Shown: positions 8,812-16,984 of the stretch, one piece after another
Position numbering within the stretch: the first letter of the stretch is position 1
How the letters are laid out: every line of letters begins with the position of its first letter
NCBI GenBank assembly: GCA_963663385.2
Contig: CAXXXD010000002.1
Location: 1,216,001-1,280,000, forward strand
Length of the DNA stretch: 64,000 bases
Reading direction: 5' to 3'
DNA from: Oceanispirochaeta sp.
GTDB lineage: Bacteria; Spirochaetota; Spirochaetia; DSM-2461
The notes under the pieces: generated by a model
Databases searched by the model: none
The model's input: the letters and a program-made list of their open reading frames with translations, nothing else
Told to the model about the DNA's origin: nothing
Position numbers and translations under genes: made by a program

Positions 8812-8909
8812 ACTCACTGTTAAACAATCCTGATAAGCACTGTCTGTGTATCTTCCAATTTTCATGTAAAAATGCCGTAATAAAGAAAAAAAACAAACCT
8901 CCGTCCCTG
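8812..8909 (+). repeat. RAYT right-end repeat, copy 2
   Basis: actcactgttaaacaatcctgataag ... attttcatgtaaaaatgccgtaataaagaaaaaaaacaaacctccgtccctg. Confidence 0.85.
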
Positions 8910-8926
8910 CTATAAAGGAAAAAGTA

Positions 8927-9727
8927 ATGAAATACAGAGTTATAAAGGATTACAGCGAAGCTCCTTCCAATCCCATTATGATCACTGCTGGTGAAAAACT
9001 TGCTGCTATTAAGGAATCCGATCCTTCCGGAGACTGGCCTGATTGGATTTTCTGCAAAGGTGAGGGTAAAGAGGGCTGGGTTCCCCGGCAGATATTGACT
9101 ATTACGGGGACGGAGGCTGTTACTTCGGCTGTTTCTTCAGAAGATTATTGCGCCCGGGAGTTAAACCTGACGCGGGGAGAGGTTCTGACAGCGGAAAGGC
9201 AGTTGAACGGCTGGATCTGGGGAGCAAAAGAGATCGCTCCCTGTGAGAAGGGATGGGCTCCCCTGAACTGCCTGGAGCAGGTTGACCATCCGGATTATAC
9301 GATCCGAACCATGAAGATGGAGGATTATGAGGAAGTTTACCGATTATGGACCGAAACTGAGGGGATGGGTCTGCGTTCTCTGGATGACTCGGAAGAGGGG
9401 ATAGGCAGATTCCTCAAACGGAATCCTGCCACCTGTTTTCTCTGCCGGTCCGGGGAGAAACTGGCCGGTGTTATCCTCTGCGGCCATGACGGCAGGAGAG
9501 GGTATATCTACCATGCCGCTGTAGATAAAGCCTTCCGCAGACGGGGCATCGGAAAGGCTCTTGTAAATAAGGTCTTAACCGCTCTTGAGAAGGAGGGTAT
9601 TAATAAGACGGCTCTGGTTGTATTTGACTCCAACACTGCCGGTAATAGTTTCTGGGAATCCCTCGGTTTTACGGAACGATGCGATTTGATTTACAGGAAC
9701 AGGGCTGTCAACGAGTCAAATACATGA
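8927..9727 (+). CDS. Tandem SH3-like domains fused to GNAT N-acetyltransferase
   Basis: Two SH3-like units (W..W..C...EGWVP; DY..EL...GE...NGW.W...KGWAP), then GNAT (GHDGRRGYIYH.AV...RRRGIGKAL). Confidence 0.8.
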   Translation: MKYRVIKDYSEAPSNPIMITAGEKLAAIKESDPSGDWPDWIFCKGEGKEGWVPRQILTITGTEAVTSAVSSEDYCARELNLTRGEVLTAERQLNGWIWGAKEIAPCEKGWAPLNCLEQVDHPDYTIRTMKMEDYEEVYRLWTETEGMGLRSLDDSEEGIGRFLKRNPATCFLCRSGEKLAGVILCGHDGRRGYIYHAAVDKAFRRRGIGKALVNKVLTALEKEGINKTALVVFDSNTAGNSFWESLGFTERCDLIYRNRAVNESNT

Positions 9728-9807
9728 TGTGCAGCAGTGTTTGATTAATAGCCGCTCTCTTGTGTATCCTGTATGAAAATCTTTAATAATTGAGAAGGAA
9801 AGATAGC

Positions 9808-10095
9808 ATGATTGGGATAATGGCCGAGTTTGATATTAAAAGTGATTGTATTGATAAATTCCTTGAAGAGGTAAAACCTCTGGTTAAAGCATCTAACGAA
9901 GAAGCCGGTTGTATTAAATATGAGCTTCACAAGGCTTTGGGATCGGACAATATCTTTGTTATGGTGGAAGAGTGGAAAGATCAGGCAGCTATTGATTTTC
10001 ATAACAGTTCGGAACACTTTACAACAATCGTACCCAGGCTGGGGGCTCTGTCGGCTAAGGAAACCAAAGTGACTCTTATGGAAAGAGTCCTGTAA
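9808..10095 (+). CDS. Putative quinol monooxygenase (ABM domain)
   Basis: EAGCIKYELH...FVMVEEWKD.AA.DFH..SEHF. Confidence 0.85.
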   Translation: MIGIMAEFDIKSDCIDKFLEEVKPLVKASNEEAGCIKYELHKALGSDNIFVMVEEWKDQAAIDFHNSSEHFTTIVPRLGALSAKETKVTLMERVL

Positions 10096-10142
10096 TCTAT
10101 ACTTAACAGAACTAAATTGTTAGATACCAGATATTCTCTCCT

Positions 10143-10946
10143 CTATATCCAATCCCGGAAATACCCCATCCGGGACGTTCTTATTTTCATAACGTCCTCC
10201 GGTTCAATCCGGAAGCTGCAAAATGACTCTTCCATTCCCGCTGCTTCCGCCAGGATATCTCCCCTCGGGTTTATAATCAGGGAGGCCGCCGGGCTCCTCC
10301 CTTTATCCGGCCGGTCCCATATCTGATTGCAGCTGGCTATAAAACAGGTGTTGTCATACGCTCTGGCGGGCAGGTATTTCTTCATCCTCATCAGCTTCTC
10401 AGCCCCTGTTTCCCGGGGAGAGGCGAAGGGCATAAGCAGTAAACCGGCTCCCTTGTCAGCCAGTCTGCCGCTGATTTCGGGAAAATGGGTTTCGGCGCAA
10501 ATCTGGATGCCTATATGAAAGGGGAGTTTAAAGGGCAGCCGGTCATTTCTTAACACCTCGGCCGTCTTCCCCGGTGAAAAGACTGATCTCTCCGAAGGAC
10601 CGGGGATGTTTTTTTCATGTATATGGAGTATTTCCCCTCTGTATAAAACGTAATGGGCTATTATGATATTGCCGCCTCTGAAAAGAGGCGCTCCCGCCAG
10701 GACGATCCCCTGATAACCTGTTTCCCGTGTAAGAACCGCTAAATCATCCAGGGTCTGCTGAATCATTTTTCTATGGCTTAACAGCCACTCCCGGTTTTTA
10801 ACATATCCAGTCAGACTGAGTTCCGGGAACAGGAGTATCCGGGTATCTCCGGTTTTCTCCAGCCATTTCCGGTGTCCCGACAGGTTCTGACTCAGATCTC
10901 CGGGGCGGCAGGCGAGGTTTACAGTTGTAAGCTTGATCAGACTCAT
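10143..10946 (-). CDS. Nitrilase-related carbon-nitrogen hydrolase
   Basis: Glu-Lys-Cys triad: LFPELSLTGY, HEKNI, ICAETHFPE; ARAYDN; start uncertain (10946 or 10973). Confidence 0.85.
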   Translation of the reverse strand: MSLIKLTTVNLACRPGDLSQNLSGHRKWLEKTGDTRILLFPELSLTGYVKNREWLLSHRKMIQQTLDDLAVLTRETGYQGIVLAGAPLFRGGNIIIAHYVLYRGEILHIHEKNIPGPSERSVFSPGKTAEVLRNDRLPFKLPFHIGIQICAETHFPEISGRLADKGAGLLLMPFASPRETGAEKLMRMKKYLPARAYDNTCFIASCNQIWDRPDKGRSPAASLIINPRGDILAEAAGMEESFCSFRIEPEDVMKIRTSRMGYFRDWI

Positions 10947-11177
10947 CTGTTTAACCGCTGAATTCTGCCGCAATATACGGTATCCGTGTGTTTTCCTGCA
11001 TGGTAGTATTAATGCACTGTTTTTTAAAAAAGTAAAATATCCGGAAGCAGGTTGAGCCTCTCTGTGTGCGGCTGTTAACTTATATTGCGGTTTATCTGTA
11101 TACAGTTGTCTGACTTTTTAACAATATTCCAACAATCATTGACACATGCCTGAACATAGTTTTACCATTATATATCT

Positions 11178-12323
11178 ATGACAGGTATAAGCCTTCCAGG
11201 GGAAGGACGGTATTTTAAAGCGGTATTTTCCATTTCCATTCTTTTACTGAATGCTCTTATTATAATGGTATCGAATTCCCTTTTTTTTCAGGATCGATAT
11301 TTTACACAGCAGTTTGTTTTCGGGCGTATCCTGGAGGTTTCATCTGACAATCTGGATTCGGACCCCTATATCCCGGGCAGCAGTCTGGGCAAGCAGTCCC
11401 TGAAGGTGGAGATCCTGTCCGGCAGGGATAAAGGTTCAGTGTATGATATTTTCAATACACTCTCCAGATCCCATAATATCCGGGCGGAAAAGGGAAAAAA
11501 GTATGTCTTCTCCATAAGGGAAGAGGACGGGCGGGATAAGGTCGTCTGGCTTTACAATTATAACCGTCTGCCTGTCCTTCTCACTGTAGCGGCGCTGTTT
11601 ATCCTCTTCATAATACTGGTGGCCGGCAAACAGGGGTTCCGGTCTCTGGTCTCGCTCAGTTTTACAGCTGTTGTTATCCTGTTTGTAATTGTTCCCATGA
11701 TCCTGCGGGGGTATGACCCCATTCCCCTGGCTATTATCTGTCTGAGTATTATCACTCTGGTGAGCTTCCTTCTTCTGACAGGATGGAGCCGAAAAACCCT
11801 TATTGCCCTTCTGGGAACCATGGGGGGGATTATGGCAGCAGGTCTTATCAGTCTTGCCGCTTCCCGGGCCGCCCATCTGTCGGGGATTCACCTTGAGAAA
11901 GGGGAGCAGATTCTGTATATTGCCCAGGATTACGGGATCCGGATACACGGTTTCCTGTTTATTTCCATTCTGATTGCTTCACTGGGTGCCGTAATGGATG
12001 TGGCTATGAGTCTGGCGTCCTCCATGGAAGAGATTAAAAAACACAATCTCTCCCTGACTCCCCGGGAACATTTCCACTCCGGCATGGTTATAGGACGGGA
12101 TTTGATAGGAACAATGGTAAACACGCTGATACTGGCTTTTACCGGCAGTTCGTTTACTCTGATTCTCATGATCGCGGGACTATCTATGACATTCAGGCAG
12201 TTTATCAACATACCCCTGATTGCCATAGAAATTATACAGGCTTTGGCCGGGAGTATCGGAATTATCCTTTCAGTACCCCTTACCAATATAATAGCTACAT
12301 TATTACACACAAAGGAGACGTGA
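11178..12323 (+). CDS. YibE/F family membrane protein
   Basis: LGAVMDVAMSLAS, GRDLIGTMVNTLILAF.G, GSIG. Confidence 0.9.
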   Translation: MTGISLPGEGRYFKAVFSISILLLNALIIMVSNSLFFQDRYFTQQFVFGRILEVSSDNLDSDPYIPGSSLGKQSLKVEILSGRDKGSVYDIFNTLSRSHNIRAEKGKKYVFSIREEDGRDKVVWLYNYNRLPVLLTVAALFILFIILVAGKQGFRSLVSLSFTAVVILFVIVPMILRGYDPIPLAIICLSIITLVSFLLLTGWSRKTLIALLGTMGGIMAAGLISLAASRAAHLSGIHLEKGEQILYIAQDYGIRIHGFLFISILIASLGAVMDVAMSLASSMEEIKKHNLSLTPREHFHSGMVIGRDLIGTMVNTLILAFTGSSFTLILMIAGLSMTFRQFINIPLIAIEIIQALAGSIGIILSVPLTNIIATLLHTKET

Positions 12324-12326
12324 GTA

Positions 12327-14195
12327 ATGAAAAGAAGAATCTCTTATTCCATGGCAGGACTTGTCCTGCTCGTCATGCTGGTATTTGTCGGATGCGCCAA
12401 CAATACGGTAGCCCCCTCTGCGGCAAAAACGGAGAGTTCCGAACTCAGCCTATACGACAGCCAGAAAGATCTGGTAGAAGTTATAGGCGGAAAAGAACTG
12501 ACCGAGCAGACAATCGCCATCGGTGCGACTGCCGATATCCATGGAAGAATCTATGCCTATGATTATGCCATTGATTCACCCGATTCCGATGCAGGTCTGA
12601 CCAAAATCTATACCGCCATCATCCAGGAGAAAGCTGTCAATCCCGACATGATTCTGATGGATGTGGGCGATACGGTTCAGGACAACTCAGCCGAGCTGTT
12701 TAACGATCTGGATACTCATCCTGTTATTCAGGCTCTGAATAAAATGGATTATGATCTCTGGGTTCTGGGGAACCATGAATTCAATTTTGAAAAATCCTTT
12801 GTAGACAGGAATCTGCTGAATTTTGACGGTGCTGTCGTAACAGCCAATATCCGTGAATCCGCCGACGGCAGCCACTATGCCATGCCCTACAAGTTTTTTA
12901 ATGTAAACGGATGCCGGGTCGGGGTTATCGGTCTGATTCCTCCCCATATCCCCGAATGGGAAGCTTCTTCACCCTCTCACTTCAAAGGTCTGGAATTCAA
13001 GGGAACACTGGCTTCTGTTAAAGAAACCATGATGGAAATGGACGGTAAATACGATGTTCTGGTGGGAGCCTTTCACCTGGGCCGTACAGACGACAGAGGC
13101 GCTGAAGCTGTAAAGGATATTGCCAATGCCATCCCCGAATTCGATGTCATCTTCGGCGGACACGAACACGCCAAATATGTGGAAGAAGTAAACGGCGTTG
13201 CCATTATCGAACCCGGTGCCTACGGATGGGCTCTGGCCCGTGCGGATATTCAGGTTAAAAAAGAAGGGGACGAATGGAAGGTTCTGGACGTTAAGGCTTT
13301 CAATGTGGAAACAAGCCCTCTTCAGGAAAACCCTGTTCTTATGAACGATTTTGCTTTTGTTCACGAACAGTCAGTTGCCGATGCCAATGTGGTAGTGGGT
13401 AAAGTCAGCGGTGAATTCGTTGACGGTGTTGACTTCCTGACAGGTGAGGATGATGTTACAACCATGCCCCGTGCCCAGATTGAAGATACAGCCGTCATCG
13501 ATCTGATTAATGAAGTTCAGATGTTCTATACCGGTTCAGATGTTTCATCCGCCGCTCTGTTCAAATTCGGTTCCACCCTGCATGAGGGGGAATTCAAGAA
13601 AAAAGATGTGGCCTATATCTATATGTATCCCAATACTCTGGTTGGTGTGAATATTACCGGTAAAAACCTGAAAGCCTATATGGAATGGTCCGCTTCCTAC
13701 TACAACAGTGTAAAAGACGGGGATCTGACCATCAGCTTCAACAAGGATATCCGCGGATACAACTACGATATGTTTGCCGGTCTGGAATACGAAATCGATC
13801 TGACAAGACCGGCCGGAGACAGGGTCGTCAATGTTATGAAAGACGGCGCTCCCCTGGATATGGGAAAAACCTATAAACTGGCAATTAACAACTACCGGTT
13901 CGGTACGCTGATCGGTCTGGAACTGGTTACCCCCGATGATAAATACTTTGACTCCTATGAGGTAATGCAGGATGCCGGAAGAATCCGCAGCCTGATTGTC
14001 CAGTATGTACAGGAAGAGAAGGGCGGTGTTGTCGATCCCGTTGTGGATAACAACTGGGAACTGGTCGGTTTCGACTTCGACAATCCCATGATCGATACGG
14101 TTATTGAACGGATTAAAGCCGGAACTCTGACTATCCCCGCTTCCGAAGACGGAAGAACCCTGAATGTCAGATCTGTAACCGCTGCCGATCTCTAA
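12327..14195 (+). CDS. Bifunctional 2',3'-cyclic-nucleotide phosphodiesterase/5'-nucleotidase family lipoprotein
   Basis: Lipobox VFVGC; ADIHG, DVGD, GNHEFNF, FHLG, GGHEH; C-terminal 5'-nucleotidase domain (YMYPNTL, NNYR). Confidence 0.9.
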   Translation: MKRRISYSMAGLVLLVMLVFVGCANNTVAPSAAKTESSELSLYDSQKDLVEVIGGKELTEQTIAIGATADIHGRIYAYDYAIDSPDSDAGLTKIYTAIIQEKAVNPDMILMDVGDTVQDNSAELFNDLDTHPVIQALNKMDYDLWVLGNHEFNFEKSFVDRNLLNFDGAVVTANIRESADGSHYAMPYKFFNVNGCRVGVIGLIPPHIPEWEASSPSHFKGLEFKGTLASVKETMMEMDGKYDVLVGAFHLGRTDDRGAEAVKDIANAIPEFDVIFGGHEHAKYVEEVNGVAIIEPGAYGWALARADIQVKKEGDEWKVLDVKAFNVETSPLQENPVLMNDFAFVHEQSVADANVVVGKVSGEFVDGVDFLTGEDDVTTMPRAQIEDTAVIDLINEVQMFYTGSDVSSAALFKFGSTLHEGEFKKKDVAYIYMYPNTLVGVNITGKNLKAYMEWSASYYNSVKDGDLTISFNKDIRGYNYDMFAGLEYEIDLTRPAGDRVVNVMKDGAPLDMGKTYKLAINNYRFGTLIGLELVTPDDKYFDSYEVMQDAGRIRSLIVQYVQEEKGGVVDPVVDNNWELVGFDFDNPMIDTVIERIKAGTLTIPASEDGRTLNVRSVTAADL

Positions 14196-14222
14196 AATCA
14201 GTTATTCTAACTGATATGTGTT

Positions 14223-14268
14223 AAACCGCCCCCGGTTCCTCGAGCGAAGTCGAGAGGGGGCGGTTTTT
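14223..14268 (+). terminator. Intrinsic terminator with embedded REP-like hairpin
   Basis: aaaccgccccc/gggggcggttt stem plus T-run; inner ctcga-gcgaag-tcgag. Confidence 0.75.
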
Positions 14269-14484
14269 GATATCTGTGCATATATATAAACTTGACGATG
14301 CAGATTGCAGGGGGTTATTGTATGGATAGGATTCTTCAAGTGGAATTATTCACATTTGATAAACATTTCTTTTTGATGAAGGATCTGCATTCCCTGAACT
14401 TATTCATATAAACAATCTTCCCAAACTCCGCTTGCTCCCCTTCGTATTATGGCTATAATGGAGGAGATCTGAGGAGGTACCGGA

Positions 14485-15096
14485 ATGGACAGATGGGTTA
14501 AACCGGAACAGAGAAGAAAATTTATGGCTGATCAGGGTATCGTTTATCTGGAACGGGCCGTATTCTCCGCTCTTCCCGCTTTCAAACGGGCGCTTGCTGA
14601 ATCTCCCTACTATCTTGAGAACCGGGAAGAATTCGATCACCTTTCTGCCCTGTACGGACCTTCTATAAAGAATCACTCCCTGGCTCCCGTTTCCATTCGC
14701 TTTATCAGCAAAGAAGTAGGGTACGGCCTTTTTACGGAGGAGGACCTGGAGGCGGGTACTTTTATCGGTGAATATACGGGAATTGTTCAGGAGGGTCTGG
14801 ATCTGCCTCCCGAAAACCCCGACGCCGGGAGTTTTGATACCGATTATACCTGGGACTATCCCGATGCCTGGTACGATGATATCCTTTATGAAATCAACGC
14901 CCTGAAAAAAGGGAATGAACTGCGCTATGTCAATCACAGTTTCGAACCCAATCTGGCAGTAGAGCATACCCTGCTGGATAACCGATGGGTGATATTTTTT
15001 GTCTGTGAGCATCCTTTGAAAGCCGGTACTCAGTTAACAGTGGATTACGGGGAAGAGTACTGGTCCGGAGGATTCCGGGAACTGATCCTTTTTTAA
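14485..15096 (+). CDS. SET domain protein-lysine N-methyltransferase
   Basis: GYGLF, FIGEYTG, RYVNHSFEPN, QLTVDYG..YW; GAGG RBS. Confidence 0.88.
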   Translation: MDRWVKPEQRRKFMADQGIVYLERAVFSALPAFKRALAESPYYLENREEFDHLSALYGPSIKNHSLAPVSIRFISKEVGYGLFTEEDLEAGTFIGEYTGIVQEGLDLPPENPDAGSFDTDYTWDYPDAWYDDILYEINALKKGNELRYVNHSFEPNLAVEHTLLDNRWVIFFVCEHPLKAGTQLTVDYGEEYWSGGFRELILF

Positions 15097-15129
15097 TTTA
15101 GAAAACTACAGCTGGAGGAACAACTTAAG

Positions 15130-15978
15130 ATGAACGCCGGATGGATGAATGGAAAAATTCTGGATGAAAAGGAGATGGTTCTTCCCGTAAGGGATCTGGG
15201 AGTGCTCCGGGGGTACGGGGTTTTTGACTTTCTTCGGACTTATAAGAAAAGGCCCTTTCATCTGGAGGACCATATGGTTCGTCTGCAGCACTCTGCCCGT
15301 GAGATCGGAATGACTATCCCCTATAGCCTGGAAGAGCTTGAAAAGGCCATGATCGACCTGCTGGAATATTCGGATCAGGATGAAGTGGGACTCCGGATTG
15401 TCTGTACGGGAGGCTTCAGCCGGGACAGTCTGACTTCGAAGGATGGCTGCAACCTTTTTATTCTGATGGATCCTCTCAAGAAATTTCCTCCTATGTACTA
15501 TGAGGATGGAGTTAAAATAATTACCTATAGGCACATGAGATTTCAGCCGGAAGCCAAAAGCCTTAACTACATCCCTGCCATGGAAGCCATGCAGGAAGCC
15601 GATGATAAGGGCGCTGTGGAAGCTCTCTACTGCGACGAAAAAGGGCGCCTTCTGGAAGGGACAACATCCAATGTCTTTATCAGGAAGCAGGGGTTCTGGA
15701 TCACCCCCGGGAGGGATGTTCTGAAAGGGGTAACCCGTCAGGTAATCATGAATCTGATCGATCCTGCCGAACTTAAGGCCGAGGATATTTATATCAGTGA
15801 TCTGGATGGCGCGGAAGAGGTCTTTATCACATCCTCCTCCAAGGAGATAGTCCCCGTTACTCAGGTGGATGAACTCCGCTTTGGCGATGGGGCGGGACCG
15901 GAAACAAAAAAACTGATGAAGTTGTTCCGGCATTATGTCGATTCGCCCGAAAAATGGGGATTCAATGGTTCTTTATAA
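15130..15978 (+). CDS. Class IV PLP aminotransferase (BCAT/D-amino-acid aminotransferase-like)
   Basis: RGYGVFD, H..RL..SA, AKSLNY, EGTTSNVF, LKGVTR, EVFITSS. Confidence 0.9.
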   Translation: MNAGWMNGKILDEKEMVLPVRDLGVLRGYGVFDFLRTYKKRPFHLEDHMVRLQHSAREIGMTIPYSLEELEKAMIDLLEYSDQDEVGLRIVCTGGFSRDSLTSKDGCNLFILMDPLKKFPPMYYEDGVKIITYRHMRFQPEAKSLNYIPAMEAMQEADDKGAVEALYCDEKGRLLEGTTSNVFIRKQGFWITPGRDVLKGVTRQVIMNLIDPAELKAEDIYISDLDGAEEVFITSSSKEIVPVTQVDELRFGDGAGPETKKLMKLFRHYVDSPEKWGFNGSL

Positions 15979-16984
15979 TCCCGAAGCCGTAATCTCGTTC
16001 AGCCGGTACGGTATAGGCATCCCATCTCTGGACAGCCGTAAATCCAATACAATCAAAGCCCTCCTGGAAAATCCCCTTCTGGGCGGACTGTCCGGTCAGT
16101 GGTACAGAAGCGAAATCCCTTCTCTCATCGAAAGGGAAGATCTGGAAAGGGCGCACACACCGGAATATATCAATGCACTGTACGGGAGTCAGCTGGAGGA
16201 CAAACTGATTCAGGCCTATGAATTGATCGATGATACGGGACAGTATCATCGTTACAATCCGGATACCGCCGAAAAGCCCCTTTCCGGTCTTCTGGAGGAT
16301 GTTTTAAGAATCATTTCCGGATCCTGTCTGAATATCAAGCAGGCCCTGACAGAGGGGTTTTCCTATTACCTGGGAGGAGGTATGCACCACGCCCATCCCG
16401 GGTTCGGTCACGGTTTCTGTCTTTTGAACGATATCTGCATAGCCCTGCTGAAGGCTCAGTCCGAAGGGCTTTTTCAGACTGCCTGGGTTGTGGATGTTGA
16501 TGCCCACAGAGGGGACGGGACGGCGGAGATCCTGTCCGGTAGGAGTTCAATTACCAGTTTAAGTATACATATGGCGGAAGGCTGGCCTCTGGATACACCG
16601 GAATTCAATGAAGAGGGGATGCTGAATCCGGGTTGGTTCCCCGGGGATGTGGATATCCCTGTTCATTCCGGAGAAGAGGACAGCTATGTTCCCCGTCTGC
16701 TGAAAGCCCTTAAGGGGCTGGCCGCAAATGGTCTCCCCGATCTTGTTCTTGTCGTGGGCGGTGTTGATCCTTACGAAAAGGATGAACTGGCATCTACGGC
16801 TCCCATCGGTATGACAAAGGAACAGATGCTGGAACGGGACAGTTCCATCTATGACTTCTTTGATTCCCGCAGGGTCGCTCAGGCCTGGGTAGCCGCCGGA
16901 GGGTACGGGAGGTCATCCTGGGAGATTCACACACAGTTTCTCCAGCAGACCCTGCTGAAAAGATTGGGCTGTTCTCCGGAATGA
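15965..16984 (+). CDS. Histone deacetylase family (Zn-dependent amidohydrolase)
   Basis: GGGMHHA, GFCLLND, DVDAHRGDGT, GVDPYEKD, AGGYG. Confidence 0.9.
   Translation: MVLYNPEAVISFSRYGIGIPSLDSRKSNTIKALLENPLLGGLSGQWYRSEIPSLIEREDLERAHTPEYINALYGSQLEDKLIQAYELIDDTGQYHRYNPDTAEKPLSGLLEDVLRIISGSCLNIKQALTEGFSYYLGGGMHHAHPGFGHGFCLLNDICIALLKAQSEGLFQTAWVVDVDAHRGDGTAEILSGRSSITSLSIHMAEGWPLDTPEFNEEGMLNPGWFPGDVDIPVHSGEEDSYVPRLLKALKGLAANGLPDLVLVVGGVDPYEKDELASTAPIGMTKEQMLERDSSIYDFFDSRRVAQAWVAAGGYGRSSWEIHTQFLQQTLLKRLGCSPE

Noticed and set aside
8690..8926. Cobalamin riboswitch upstream of the BtuFCD-like importer
   Set aside because: AT-rich short leader with no GGGAA/GCCACTG B12-element motifs.
14292..14400. 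Fluoride riboswitch (GATG...TGATGA resemblance)
   Set aside because: P1 pairing and spacing do not fit, and downstream genes are unrelated.
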